The position numbers and the translations under genes are program-made. Shown here in pieces: positions 41,811-51,295 of a DNA stretch of 64,000 nt; the stretch's first letter is position 1, and each line of letters opens with the position of its first letter. The stretch lies in IMG/VR virus record IMGVR_UViG_2563366911_000001; one strand, 5' to 3'. A model generated the notes under the pieces. It did no database searches and was not told the DNA's origin. It worked only from the letters and a program-made list of their open reading frames with translations. This DNA comes from a virus. Taxonomy: Duplodnaviria > Heunggongvirae > Uroviricota > Caudoviricetes.

Positions 41811-41893
41811 TCGCCATTCAAATTTCACTATTAACCTACTGTTTTTAAAGTAAATCCATCTAAAATTTCAAGGTGAAATCGCCACGATTTCAC
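41811..41893. other. parS centromere: BoxB/BoxA left arm, AT-rich IHF-like core, BoxA-BoxA(inverted)-BoxB-BoxA right arm
   Basis: TCGCCA at 41811 and 41879; ATTTCAC at 41823 and 41887; ATTTCAA 41865; GTGAAAT 41873. Confidence 0.75.
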
Positions 41894-41951
41894 CTTGGAT
41901 TTTACCTTCCGCCCCTACTCCCGAAAAAAATAAAAAAAATGCTTGTCACGA

Positions 41952-41972
41952 GAAAGTCAACAAGTGACTTTC
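41952..41972 (+). promoter_or_regulatory. Inverted repeat GAAAGTCA-acaag-TGACTTTC followed by TAAAAT; candidate late promoter
   Basis: Palindrome 40 bp upstream of the 42011 TTG start; half-site identical to the element upstream of pacA. Confidence 0.35.
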
Positions 41973-42010
41973 AATAAAATCTCTTCCGAAAAGGGATTCA
42001 CACAAGTGCC

Positions 42011-43738
42011 TTGTGTTTAAGGAAGAGTAAATTGAGTAACTTACGCGAATACCAGAATCGTATTGCAGATATCGCAAAACGCTCTAAAGCTGTGCTTGGC
42101 TGGGCAAGCACTGCGCAGTTCGGTACTGATAACCAATTCATTAAAGATGATGCCGCGCGTGCCGCATCTATCCTTGAAGCTGCACGTAAAGACCCGGTTT
42201 TTGCGGGTATCTCTGATAATGCCACCGCTCAAATCGCTACAGCGTGGGCAAGTGCACTGGCTGACTACGCCGCAGCACATAAATCTATGCCGCGTCCGGA
42301 AATTCTGGCCTCCTGCCACCAGACGCTGGAAAACTGCCTGATTGAGTCCACCCGCAATAGCATGGATGCCACTAATAAAGCGATGCTGGAATCCGTCGCA
42401 GCAGAGATGATGAGCGTTTCTGACGGTGTTATGCGTCTGCCTTTATTCCTCGCGATGATCCTGCCTGTTCAGTTGGGGGCAGCTACCGCTGATGCGTGTA
42501 CCTTCATTCCGGTTACGCGTGACCAGTCCGACATCTATGAAGTCTTTAACGTGGCAGGTTCCTCTTTTGGTTCTTATGCTGCTGGTGATGTTCTGGACAT
42601 GCAATCCGTCGGTGTGTACAGCCAGTTACGCCGCCGCTATGTGCTGGTGGCAAGCTCCGATGGCACCAGCAAAACCGCAACCTTCAAGATGGAAGACTTC
42701 GAAGGCCAGAATGTACCAATCCGAAAAGGTCGCACTAATATCTACGTTAACCGTATTAAGTCTGTTGTTGATAACGGTTCCGGCAGCCTACTTCACTCGT
42801 TTACTAATGCTGCTGGTGAGCAAATCACTGTTACCTGCTCTCTGAACTACAACATTGGTCAGATTGCCCTGTCGTTCTCCAAAGCGCCGGATAAAGGCAC
42901 TGAGATCGCAATTGAGACGGAAATCAATATTGAAGCCGCTCCTGAGCTGATCCCGCTGATCAACCACGAAATGAAGAAATACACCCTGTTCCCAAGCCAG
43001 TTCGTTATCGCGGCTGAGCACACGGTACAGGCGGCGTATGAAGCACAGCGTGAATTTGGTCTGGACCTGGGTTCCCTACAGTTCCGCACCCTGAAGGAAT
43101 ACCTGTCTCATGAACAGGATATGCTGCGTCTTCGCATCATGATCTGGCGTACTCTTGCGACCGACACCTTTGACATCGCTCTGCCGGTTAACCAGTCCTT
43201 TGATGTATGGGCAACCATCATTCGTGGCAAATTCCAGACTGTATATCGCGACATTATTGAGCGCGTTAAATCTTCTGGTGCGATGGGGATGTTTGCTGGT
43301 GCTGATGCAGCATCTTTCTTCAAACAGTTGCCGAAGGATTTCTTCCAGCCAGCCGAAGACTATATCCAGACTCCGTATGTTCACTACATCGGTACCCTGT
43401 TCGGTAACGTGAAAGTGTACGAAGTACCTGCTGGTATTTGTAAGAACTTAACGACAGAGAACATTCAGTTCAGCTCGATGGATGTGCTGTGCTACGTCCG
43501 TGATGAAAATCCGGGTAAAGCAGGCTTCGTGACTGGTGATGCTGTCCCGGCCATCCCGTTCCAGCATCCGACCACTCCGGCGCTGGTCAACCGTACCACG
43601 CTGTGGGGTTCGGCTATCAACGATATGCACCCACGCAACGGCGCTGATTACTTCACTCGTGTAACGCTGACAATGGCCAAAAAAGGCGGGCTTAACTTCA
43701 TTAGCGGCGACACGATTGATGCCGGTGACTCTGAGTAA
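42011..43738 (+). CDS. Putative major head protein, 575 aa (TTG start)
   Basis: Large ORF first after parS, followed by sheath-like gene; assignment by position and size. Confidence 0.55.
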   Translation: MCLRKSKLSNLREYQNRIADIAKRSKAVLGWASTAQFGTDNQFIKDDAARAASILEAARKDPVFAGISDNATAQIATAWASALADYAAAHKSMPRPEILASCHQTLENCLIESTRNSMDATNKAMLESVAAEMMSVSDGVMRLPLFLAMILPVQLGAATADACTFIPVTRDQSDIYEVFNVAGSSFGSYAAGDVLDMQSVGVYSQLRRRYVLVASSDGTSKTATFKMEDFEGQNVPIRKGRTNIYVNRIKSVVDNGSGSLLHSFTNAAGEQITVTCSLNYNIGQIALSFSKAPDKGTEIAIETEINIEAAPELIPLINHEMKKYTLFPSQFVIAAEHTVQAAYEAQREFGLDLGSLQFRTLKEYLSHEQDMLRLRIMIWRTLATDTFDIALPVNQSFDVWATIIRGKFQTVYRDIIERVKSSGAMGMFAGADAASFFKQLPKDFFQPAEDYIQTPYVHYIGTLFGNVKVYEVPAGICKNLTTENIQFSSMDVLCYVRDENPGKAGFVTGDAVPAIPFQHPTTPALVNRTTLWGSAINDMHPRNGADYFTRVTLTMAKKGGLNFISGDTIDAGDSE

Positions 43739-43798
43739 TCAGGGGAAGTTCTCCGTTTAACATAGCGCCCCCGTGCGGGGCGCATAACAGGGAAAGTT

Positions 43799-45388
43799 AT
43801 GTCTCAATATTCAATTCAACAGTCATTAGGTAATGCATCCGGCGTCGCGGTTAGCCCGATCAATGCCGATGCGACGTTATCTACCGGTGTTGCATTAAAT
43901 AGCAGCTTATGGGCTGGTATTGGCGTATTTGCGCGTGGCAAGCCGTTTACTGTTCTTGCGGTTACTGAGTCCAATTACGAAGATGTTCTCGGCGAACCGC
44001 TGAAGCCGTCTTCCGGCTCACAGTTCGAACCAATTCGCCATGTATACGAAGCTATTCAGCAAACGTCTGGTTATGTTGTTCGCGCTGTTCCGGATGATGC
44101 GAAGTTCCCGATTATTATGTTCGATGAATCAGGCGAACCGGCTTACAGTGCGTTGCCATACGGTTCTGAAATTGAACTTGATAGTGGCGAAGCCTTTGCT
44201 ATCTACGTTGATGATGGTGATCCGTGTATTTCACCTACCCGTGAGTTAACCATCGAAACGGCAACAGCGGACAGCGCGGGTAATGAACGCTTCCTCTTAA
44301 AACTGACCCAGACGACTTCGCTCGGCGTGGTAACGACCCTGGAGACACACACTGTGTCTTTGGCGGAAGAAGCGAAAGATGACATGGGCCGCTTGTGTTA
44401 TCTGCCTACGGCTCTGGAAGCCCGTTCTAAATATCTGCGCGCGGTTGTTAATGAAGAGCTGATTTCGACAGCGAAAGTAACAAACAAAAAATCGTTGGCG
44501 TTCACTGGCGGTACCAACGGCGATCAGTCGAAAATCTCAACCGCTGCGTACCTGCGTGCGGTTAAAGTGCTGAATAATGCGCCGTACATGTACACCGCTG
44601 TTCTTGGCTTGGGCTGCTATGACAATGCGGCTATCACCGCATTAGGTAAAATCTGTGCAGATCGCCTGATTGATGGCTTCTTTGATGTCAAACCGACATT
44701 GACGTACACGGAAGCGCTCTCTGCTGTTGAAGATACCGGTTTACTTGGTACCGATTATGTAAGCTGTGCTGTCTATCACTACCCGTTCTCCTGCAAAGAC
44801 AAATGGACCCAATCCCGTGTGGTCTTTGGTCTGTCTGGCGTGGCGTATGCGGCGAAAGCTCGTGGCGTCAAGAAAAACTCTGATGTCGGCGGTTGGCATT
44901 ACTCACCGGCTGGTGAAGAACGTGCCGTCATTGCTCGTGCGTCAATTCAACCGCTGTATCCGGAAGATACCCCTGACGAAGAAGCAATGGTCAAGGGCCG
45001 TCTCAATAAAGTATCTGTTGGCACCTCTGGCCAGATGATCATCGACGATGCTTTAACTTGCTGCACGCAGGATAACTATCTGCACTTCCAGCACGTCCCA
45101 TCCCTGATGAATGCAATCAGCCGTTTCTTTGTCCAGTTAGCCCGACAGATGAAGCATAGCCCGGACGGTATTACTGCGGCTGGCCTGACTAAAGGGATGA
45201 CCAAACTTTTAGATCGCTTTGTCGCCTCCGGCGCTCTGGTGGCTCCTCGTGATCCTGATGCTGACGGTACAGAACCGTATGTGCTGAAAGTTACGCAGGC
45301 GGAATTCGATAAATGGGAAGTAGTCTGGGCCTGCTGCCCGACTGGCGTAGCCCGTCGTATCCAGGGCGTACCGCTGCTTATTAAGTAA
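43799..45388 (+). CDS. Putative contractile tail sheath protein, 529 aa
   Basis: Size and position within structural operon. Confidence 0.55.
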   Translation: MSQYSIQQSLGNASGVAVSPINADATLSTGVALNSSLWAGIGVFARGKPFTVLAVTESNYEDVLGEPLKPSSGSQFEPIRHVYEAIQQTSGYVVRAVPDDAKFPIIMFDESGEPAYSALPYGSEIELDSGEAFAIYVDDGDPCISPTRELTIETATADSAGNERFLLKLTQTTSLGVVTTLETHTVSLAEEAKDDMGRLCYLPTALEARSKYLRAVVNEELISTAKVTNKKSLAFTGGTNGDQSKISTAAYLRAVKVLNNAPYMYTAVLGLGCYDNAAITALGKICADRLIDGFFDVKPTLTYTEALSAVEDTGLLGTDYVSCAVYHYPFSCKDKWTQSRVVFGLSGVAYAAKARGVKKNSDVGGWHYSPAGEERAVIARASIQPLYPEDTPDEEAMVKGRLNKVSVGTSGQMIIDDALTCCTQDNYLHFQHVPSLMNAISRFFVQLARQMKHSPDGITAAGLTKGMTKLLDRFVASGALVAPRDPDADGTEPYVLKVTQAEFDKWEVVWACCPTGVARRIQGVPLLIK

Positions 45389-45397
45389 GGGAATACA

Positions 45398-46213
45398 ATG
45401 AGCAAAAACTTTTTTCAATCCGGGGCATTTTTGGGGAATGGACTGTCTCGTTTCGCTTTGAACTCTGATCCTGTGCAGCTGATGGAGTCTGCCCGAGCAA
45501 GCGCTGAACCGCCAACAGATCCGGTTATTAATAATAATCCGGAACCGGCGGCACAGACTAACGATAACGTTCCATCTGCCCAGGCTCCTGAGCAAATCCT
45601 GGAAGGGAAAGACGGTAAAGAATGGACCGTCGAACAGGCGCACCAGATGATTCTGGAAGCTGCAAATCGAAGTGCTATGCAAAATGCGTTGAGTGATGCG
45701 GCCGACGCCGTTTTCGCCTGGGCTGATAGCGGTGATCTGACTTTCGACTCCCTTGATGGTTTCGTTCAGGCTATCGCTGGTATCTCTGATGACGACGACT
45801 CCGAAGTTACAGAAGAACAGGACGATGCCTATAACGAAGCATGGGCAAATGTTGCTGACTTCCTCGCAGCATGCGGTGTAGATGATGACCTGATCGAAGC
45901 ACTGGCTGACGATGAAGACGACGACGCAGCTGCTGATGTTGGTGCCTCTATCGCTGGTTTAGATAGCGACGACCGCGACGAACTGGAAGCGGCGTTTGTT
46001 GTTGCTGGCACTTCTGATGAAATGCTGACTGAAGCATTTAAGAAGGTTGTTCGTAACGGTGAGATCAAACTCATCCGTAAACGCCTGCGTAAAAAACGTC
46101 TGACTGCGGCTCAAAAATCGGCGCTGAAAAAAGCGCGTCGAAAAGCCCAGACCGGCGCGGCAAAACTTGCCCGCAAAAAGTCAATGAAACTGCGCCGTAA
46201 GCGCCTTGGCTAA
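45398..46213 (+). CDS. Acidic hypothetical structural protein with Lys/Arg-rich C-terminus, 271 aa
   Basis: ORF; Asp-rich centre, basic tail. Confidence 0.55.
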   Translation: MSKNFFQSGAFLGNGLSRFALNSDPVQLMESARASAEPPTDPVINNNPEPAAQTNDNVPSAQAPEQILEGKDGKEWTVEQAHQMILEAANRSAMQNALSDAADAVFAWADSGDLTFDSLDGFVQAIAGISDDDDSEVTEEQDDAYNEAWANVADFLAACGVDDDLIEALADDEDDDAAADVGASIAGLDSDDRDELEAAFVVAGTSDEMLTEAFKKVVRNGEIKLIRKRLRKKRLTAAQKSALKKARRKAQTGAAKLARKKSMKLRRKRLG

Positions 46214-46248
46214 AGGAGGAGGCCGGAGAACTCCGGCCTTTAACTTGA

Positions 46249-46830
46249 ATGGCACCTATTCCTTATGGGGTTTACAGCCAGGCTGACGGTGTATCGCCAT
46301 ATCTGAAAGTTACTTTAACGAACTCTCAGTACCAGGTTACCGGATATATCAGCCAGGGAGCGGCAATGAACATGGCCCAGAATTGGGAAGCGCCGTTTAC
46401 CGGTATGTCCATGGGATCTGTTGCTGGTGCCTTCAGTGGTTTTGCGCAGGTTGGTACTGAAACAACGTCGGTTGCCCGTTGGAACAGCTTAATGGTTTGG
46501 GAAGGGGGAACACCGCCGACTTTCACGCTGCCAGTAACTTTCATCGCTTTGTTTGACCCATTCACGGAGGTTTCAGGAGCTATCGCCGCATTGTCAGCGA
46601 TGATTAGCCCGGAACTTAAAGATGCCAGTATTGGTGGTCGAATCCCGGAGCGTGTGACGCTAAACATTGGTCGCCGGATCAACATCATTGATGTCGCTAT
46701 CCAGGACATAAGTTTCGATCTCGATGCGCCCAGGGACAGCAATGGACATTTCCTGAAAAACACCGTCAACCTCCAGTTGACCGGTTCTTCGATATATAAC
46801 AGCTCCGATATTGTTCGGGCGTTCCAGTAA
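46249..46830 (+). CDS. Hypothetical structural protein, 193 aa
   Basis: ORF in structural operon. Confidence 0.5.
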   Translation: MAPIPYGVYSQADGVSPYLKVTLTNSQYQVTGYISQGAAMNMAQNWEAPFTGMSMGSVAGAFSGFAQVGTETTSVARWNSLMVWEGGTPPTFTLPVTFIALFDPFTEVSGAIAALSAMISPELKDASIGGRIPERVTLNIGRRINIIDVAIQDISFDLDAPRDSNGHFLKNTVNLQLTGSSIYNSSDIVRAFQ

Positions 46831-46841
46831 AAGGATTTTAT

Positions 46842-47351
46842 ATGGGGCACAATAACACTAAGGGAAACCGTAAATTTATTAAGGGCCGCTATACTGCCAA
46901 CGCGGCCAAAGGCGAACGACTGGTATCTTCTGAATTCCAGCTCACTTTTGCAGGCCATGAAGATATCAGCGTACTGGTTCGCACGTCGCAAATTCCTGAA
47001 ATGACCCGCGAGGATGTGGAGGACTATGGTCCGAATGGTGTGAAGTTCAACCAGCACGGACCAATTCGAAACTCTGGGGAAATCCAGGTCCAGTGCGTGG
47101 AGACTATCGAAGGCGATATTCTTCAGTTCATCAAGGATCGCATTGCGGCGAAGGACTATGTTGATATCACGATGGCTGCTACCCCTGAATCCAAATCTTC
47201 CGGGGTTAACGCTGTGACAAAAGCTGCTACAACAATTGAAATGTTGGACTGCAAAATCTACAGTGATGCAATCGACTTTAGTACCGAAGATGTGACTGCC
47301 GCTGTGCGCCCGTCACTTCGTATCGTCTACAACTGGATTGAGTGGGATTAA
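46842..47351 (+). CDS. Putative tail tube protein (T4 gp19-like), 169 aa
   Basis: Size and weak pattern similarity to myovirus tube proteins. Confidence 0.45.
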   Translation: MGHNNTKGNRKFIKGRYTANAAKGERLVSSEFQLTFAGHEDISVLVRTSQIPEMTREDVEDYGPNGVKFNQHGPIRNSGEIQVQCVETIEGDILQFIKDRIAAKDYVDITMAATPESKSSGVNAVTKAATTIEMLDCKIYSDAIDFSTEDVTAAVRPSLRIVYNWIEWD

Positions 47352-47371
47352 GAGTCATCCCTTGTATTTTA

Positions 47372-47396
47372 AAGCTCCTTCGGGAGCTTTTTTATT
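47372..47396 (+). terminator. Intrinsic terminator ending the structural operon
   Basis: AAAGCTCC-ttcg-GGAGCTTTTTT. Confidence 0.75.
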
Positions 47397-47467
47397 TGGA
47401 GAGGAAAGGGTGCATTGAGGATACCTGACACACGAAGAGTGGCGAGGATCTCTCCCCGCCAGGTCTC

Positions 47468-47623
47468 TTACCTTTCAGATTCGTAGGCTGTGAAGACAGT
47501 GACCTCCGTCTGGCCGGTTCGGATTCGTACCTCGCAGAGGTCTTTCCTCGTTACCAGTGCCGTCACAATGACGGTTAAACAGATGACGATCAGAGCGATT
47601 AACATCGCTTTTTGCTGCTTCAT
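47468..47623 (-). CDS. hok: Hok/Gef-family type I toxin, 51 aa (not in ORF track)
   Basis: MKQQKAMLIALIVICLTVIVTALVTRKDLCEVRIRTGQTEVTVFTAYESER matches Hok family (LIVCLT...TRKSLCEIR...AYES). Confidence 0.8.
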   Translation of the reverse strand: MKQQKAMLIALIVICLTVIVTALVTRKDLCEVRIRTGQTEVTVFTAYESER

Positions 47624-47681
47624 AGCCTGCTTCTCCTTGACCTTTTGGTCGGTAAGAGGCTAATCTACGTATGCTAAGCAT
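47475..47681 (-). CDS. mok: Mok-like overlapping reading frame spanning hok
   Basis: Out-of-frame ORF starting upstream of hok and ending with it. Confidence 0.5.
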   Translation of the reverse strand: MLSIRRLASYRPKGQGEAGYEAAKSDVNRSDRHLFNRHCDGTGNEERPLRGTNPNRPDGGHCLHSLRI

Positions 47682-47730
47682 AGATATGGCCTCAGATTAA
47701 TGTTAAGCGTCTTGCAGGACGCGTAATGTT
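47640..47730 (+). ncRNA. sok: Candidate Sok-like antisense RNA (approximate bounds)
   Basis: Antisense to the mok start region; TTGACC-n18-TAATCT promoter-like element; hairpin GCGTCttgcaGGACGC. Confidence 0.3.
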
Positions 47731-47804
47731 ATCTGGGGCTTTCTTCTATCTGCTTTTCGGGTAATGCCTGAAGCAGATAGCCTCAAGCACCCGCAACGAT
47801 TGTA

Positions 47805-48131
47805 TCAATGTCTGGCTTTTTTTCTATAGAAATCACCTGGAAGGGTGAATATCCACATCAGAAGAAATGTTGCAGCAAACATGATCCCTAATGGCCAGAC
47901 CGCGCCAAAGAAAATCCATACTAAGATCTCCTCTGCTCGTTCTTTGCGGTCGATATCGACAAGCATTTTTCGGCTGATCATGTATACACAGAAGCCAATA
48001 CAAACATATCCTGCAAAAGCGATCGCTAACTGTAAAAAATCAGATTGCATCTCCGACCTCAAACTGAAAACGCCAGGTGACTCCAGATTAGAGCAATCTA
48101 TCACCCTCTGAATCCTGCCGGTATACCCCAT
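47805..48131 (-). CDS. Small multi-TM membrane protein (81-108 aa)
   Basis: Hydrophobic helices; immediately downstream of repL. Confidence 0.55.
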   Translation of the reverse strand: MGYTGRIQRVIDCSNLESPGVFSLRSEMQSDFLQLAIAFAGYVCIGFCVYMISRKMLVDIDRKERAEEILVWIFFGAVWPLGIMFAATFLLMWIFTLPGDFYRKKARH

Positions 48132-48946
48132 TGTTCGTTATCTTTATTTTTGGCTAAAACCGCATTAAGAGCTTCGTTTACCGTCATGCAATGCGGCAGA
48201 TTATCGAAGTTTGATATCCCGCCAATATCAGGAGAACGCTTGTCCTTCAGGTAAGCATATTTCCGCGCTGCCGCCTCTACTTTCTGCTTGAACTCATGTT
48301 TTTGAGCGCGTTTTTTGGATAACCGCAGATTGTCAGCCTTTACTTTTGCCTCAGCGATCCATGAAGTCAATTTTTTGAGTCTGGTCGTTCCGGCACCGCC
48401 GGAAACTGATCTTTTTGTTTTTTTAACTTGTGACTTCTTATTCTTTATTGCCACGTCATCCTGACAGGGGGAGGGGGTATCATTTTGACATGGGGGTGTG
48501 GATAAAAAATTAAATAAAACCAATGTCTTAGCAAGAACAGCTTTAACCTTGGTTGCCGCTGAAGAGATCTTTAATTTGCTTTCAATCAGCGCATTTTTGG
48601 CTTGTTGTGCGAAGGCCAAAAAGGATGGTGTAAACCGGTACAGGTTAGCGCGACGTTCACGGTGATCGCCGATAACAATCTCTACAGACAGGATTCCTTT
48701 GTTTACAGCTTCACGGAATGCACGAACGACGGTTGATTGGCTATAACCAGTTTCTGCCGCGATCAGGCGGTGAGGCTTGTGAATGAAGTATTCACTGGTT
48801 GTTGCCGCTAGATTTGCACATTGCGACAGGATATGCCCGGCGCTACGGGATAGACCGGAGTGTGTTACAAAGCAGGCCAATTCATAGCCAGAAAAAGTAA
48901 AATCGCTCATCGTTATACAGCTCAGGAAAGTGACTTTAGCCAGCAT
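48101..48946 (-). CDS. repL: Lytic replication initiator RepL-like, 281 aa
   Basis: Size and position downstream of kilA; HTH-like segment GYSQSTVVRAFREAVNKGIL. Confidence 0.75.
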   Translation of the reverse strand: MLAKVTFLSCITMSDFTFSGYELACFVTHSGLSRSAGHILSQCANLAATTSEYFIHKPHRLIAAETGYSQSTVVRAFREAVNKGILSVEIVIGDHRERRANLYRFTPSFLAFAQQAKNALIESKLKISSAATKVKAVLAKTLVLFNFLSTPPCQNDTPSPCQDDVAIKNKKSQVKKTKRSVSGGAGTTRLKKLTSWIAEAKVKADNLRLSKKRAQKHEFKQKVEAAARKYAYLKDKRSPDIGGISNFDNLPHCMTVNEALNAVLAKNKDNEQWGIPAGFRG

Positions 48947-48975
48947 TACAATGCTGGTGGTTCTTACTACGTCTG

Positions 48976-49776
48976 TTAGCGCGTTGCCGCGACAGGTACC
49001 AGCACACCAGCATCAAGCAATCGCTTCATCAGCCACTGCTGACCTTTGCCGGTTATACGAGTCGTGAAAGAAATCCTGCTTCCATTGCTTGTATCGATCA
49101 CGGTTTCTTTAAGGGTGAAATACCCACGGGATATGTATTCTTGTTTGGGGACGTTCCTGCGTTCACCGGTTGCGATCAGAATTCCGTTATCACGCAACCA
49201 GGTGAAGAGATAGTTTTGGCCCAGACCGAGCACTTTGGCATAGTTGCCGATTAGAACCCCGCTGGCGGTAGCAACGCGTTCGGCGAATTCGACTTTAGGT
49301 GCATCCATAAGCATTTTTTGCTCCAGCCGTTGCTTTTGCTCTGCCAGGTCGGCAGCCAAACGGAGAGCTTCAGGGAGACTCTGCGGAATAGCAGGTTGTA
49401 ATCTTCCGGCTCGATAGTCGATAAATGTCTGGTTTACCTTCAGCCGAAACGCGGGAGAAATCCAACCAGCGTACTCCACTGCGAGCAATTCATGGGCAAA
49501 AGTGCCGCCGCCACGGCCTTCGAACGAAACTATGCAATTCTGCATAGTTTCTTTTTCAAGCTCTTCGATGAGCTGTTTAGCTGACAGCGTTCTTAGCCAT
49601 TGAGCTGGCGCTTTATGGGCACCGAGTCCGCTCGCTCTGTGTAGAGCATTAAGGTTGTAACGGCCAGCGCGGTCGGTCGTAATTTCAACACCACAAATAA
49701 CGGGCAGAGTGGTTGAAGGATCGACATTTTGATGAAGGTTTGATATATTCATATCCGCATTGAATGTTTGTTGCAT
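48976..49776 (-). CDS. kilA: KilA-like protein: KilA-N domain plus antirepressor-type C-terminal domain, 266 aa
   Basis: C-terminal 130 aa are homologous to the C-terminus of the ant-like protein. Confidence 0.8.
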   Translation of the reverse strand: MQQTFNADMNISNLHQNVDPSTTLPVICGVEITTDRAGRYNLNALHRASGLGAHKAPAQWLRTLSAKQLIEELEKETMQNCIVSFEGRGGGTFAHELLAVEYAGWISPAFRLKVNQTFIDYRAGRLQPAIPQSLPEALRLAADLAEQKQRLEQKMLMDAPKVEFAERVATASGVLIGNYAKVLGLGQNYLFTWLRDNGILIATGERRNVPKQEYISRGYFTLKETVIDTSNGSRISFTTRITGKGQQWLMKRLLDAGVLVPVAATR

Positions 49777-49845
49777 TTTTTCTCCAAATTTGCATCAACC
49801 TTCAATCACCAGCTCGAAATGGTGATTCTTTGCACTTAGAAAACG

Positions 49846-49865
49846 AAATTTATTAGAGCAAATTT
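49846..49865 (-). promoter_or_regulatory. C1-type operator (TTTGCTCTAATAAATTT) upstream of kilA-repL
   Basis: 16 of 17 match to operator consensus, about 70 bp upstream of the kilA start. Confidence 0.6.
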
Positions 49866-49940
49866 TTCTGACTCGATCCAGATCGGGTTGGACGATCTGC
49901 TCAGAAACCTGCCAGTTTGCTGGCAGGTTTTTTTCTTTTG

Positions 49941-50984
49941 TTAACCTATTGCTACTGGTTTTAACAAACCAGCATCAAGTAGCTTGCGAGTTAACCACTG
50001 CTGGCCTTTACCCGTTAATTGGGGCGTCAGCCGTATCTGGTAGCCATTTTCATCATCCAGCACCACTTCTTTCACCGTGAAATACCCGGCGTTGATGTAC
50101 TGTTGGCGCGGTACGTTTTTGCGCGCACCAAAAGCCATGAGAATGCCGTTCTGGCGCAACCATGAGAAAAGGGCGTTTTGCTTAAGTCCAACGACCTTTG
50201 CAAAGTTCCCGATCAGGATTCCATTGGCCACTGATACCCGGTCGGCAAAATCGACTTTAGGGGCTGCGGCCACCAGCTGTTGTTCCAGCTGCATTTTCTG
50301 TTCTGCCAACTCGGCAGCCAGGCGTAGAGCTTCTGGTAATGTTTGGGGGATCGATGGGGCAGGGGAGTTTGCCTGCTGCAATTCTTCCAGTTTGTCGATC
50401 AGCGAACGGCGGACGGCTTTTGATTCGCGTGCGGCGACTCGCAGGGCTTGTTTGTAGGTCATGGTTATGACAACCATAGGCGTACCGCCACCTGGCGGCA
50501 CGGTTGCACTTTTTGTGTAACCGTCCTCACCTTCTAATTCGTCGAGTATTTTTTCGATGAATTTGTTGTTCCGAACCTCTGGTTCCCCACATAACTTACG
50601 CGCTTCATTGACCATCTTTAACAGTGTCAGGCTGTCGATTGTGTCTCCGGTGTTGGGGATAATATTCACGGCTGGTGCTGGCGTAGCTGACGTAACAGGT
50701 GCTGGTTTTTCAACATTCAAATTATTACCGGTCATTCTATGTGCCTCCTTTCTCATTTCTGCTGCCACTGTTGCGTAACGTAGACGTCCTTGTTCAATCA
50801 AATAATCCCTGATCTCGGCTATCAGTAGCCTGTTGATCACAGCCTTATCTATCCGGGTATAAAAACGCTTGGTTATCATGAAATAGTTGGCAATTGCGCC
50901 GGGGATCTCCCGTGTCGGCATACAGGCAGTATGCAGGGCGATCGCTTCGGCTATTTCATTCCGGGTGACGAGAGGTTTTTTCAT
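49941..50984 (-). CDS. ant1: Antirepressor Ant-like, 347 aa
   Basis: Size; C-terminal antirepressor domain shared with KilA-like; preceded by icd-like ORF and c4-like RNA. Confidence 0.8.
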   Translation of the reverse strand: MKKPLVTRNEIAEAIALHTACMPTREIPGAIANYFMITKRFYTRIDKAVINRLLIAEIRDYLIEQGRLRYATVAAEMRKEAHRMTGNNLNVEKPAPVTSATPAPAVNIIPNTGDTIDSLTLLKMVNEARKLCGEPEVRNNKFIEKILDELEGEDGYTKSATVPPGGGTPMVVITMTYKQALRVAARESKAVRRSLIDKLEELQQANSPAPSIPQTLPEALRLAAELAEQKMQLEQQLVAAAPKVDFADRVSVANGILIGNFAKVVGLKQNALFSWLRQNGILMAFGARKNVPRQQYINAGYFTVKEVVLDDENGYQIRLTPQLTGKGQQWLTRKLLDAGLLKPVAIG

Positions 50985-51202
50985 AAACCCCCCTGAACGT
51001 CGGCAGAGAAGGGGAGGCTCCAGTAACTAAGTGAATTGCGCGAGTTAGTTGAAAAACGGGCAGTAAAAATGCAGGGGCCATCAGGCAATTGAGAGCGTGC
51101 TTCGTCTTCTGTTGCAGCGATAACGAAGTGATAGTGGTGTTTTTTACAGGAATAGAAACGCCAGATGAATTCTTGGCGTGCGCAAGGATTGGCATTAACC
51201 AT
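50981..51202 (-). CDS. icd: Icd-like small protein, 73 aa, overlapping the ant start
   Basis: 73-codon ORF whose stop overlaps the ant ATG. Confidence 0.55.
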   Translation of the reverse strand: MVNANPCARQEFIWRFYSCKKHHYHFVIAATEDEARSQLPDGPCIFTARFSTNSRNSLSYWSLPFSADVQGGL

Positions 51203-51204
51203 AG

Positions 51205-51295
51205 TTACGGCCTCGTAAGTTGATAAACAACCTGCGACCCGCTGCTAAACAGGTGGCAGGACGTGACGGGGTTAGCAGACTGGCACTTACGAAAC
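51205..51295 (-). ncRNA. c4: c4-like antisense regulatory RNA (approximate bounds)
   Basis: Two short stems TTCGTAAGT/ACTTACGAG and CTGCTAAC/GTTTAGCAG; copies of GTTTAGCAG and ACTTACG recur about 130 nt upstream. Confidence 0.45.
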
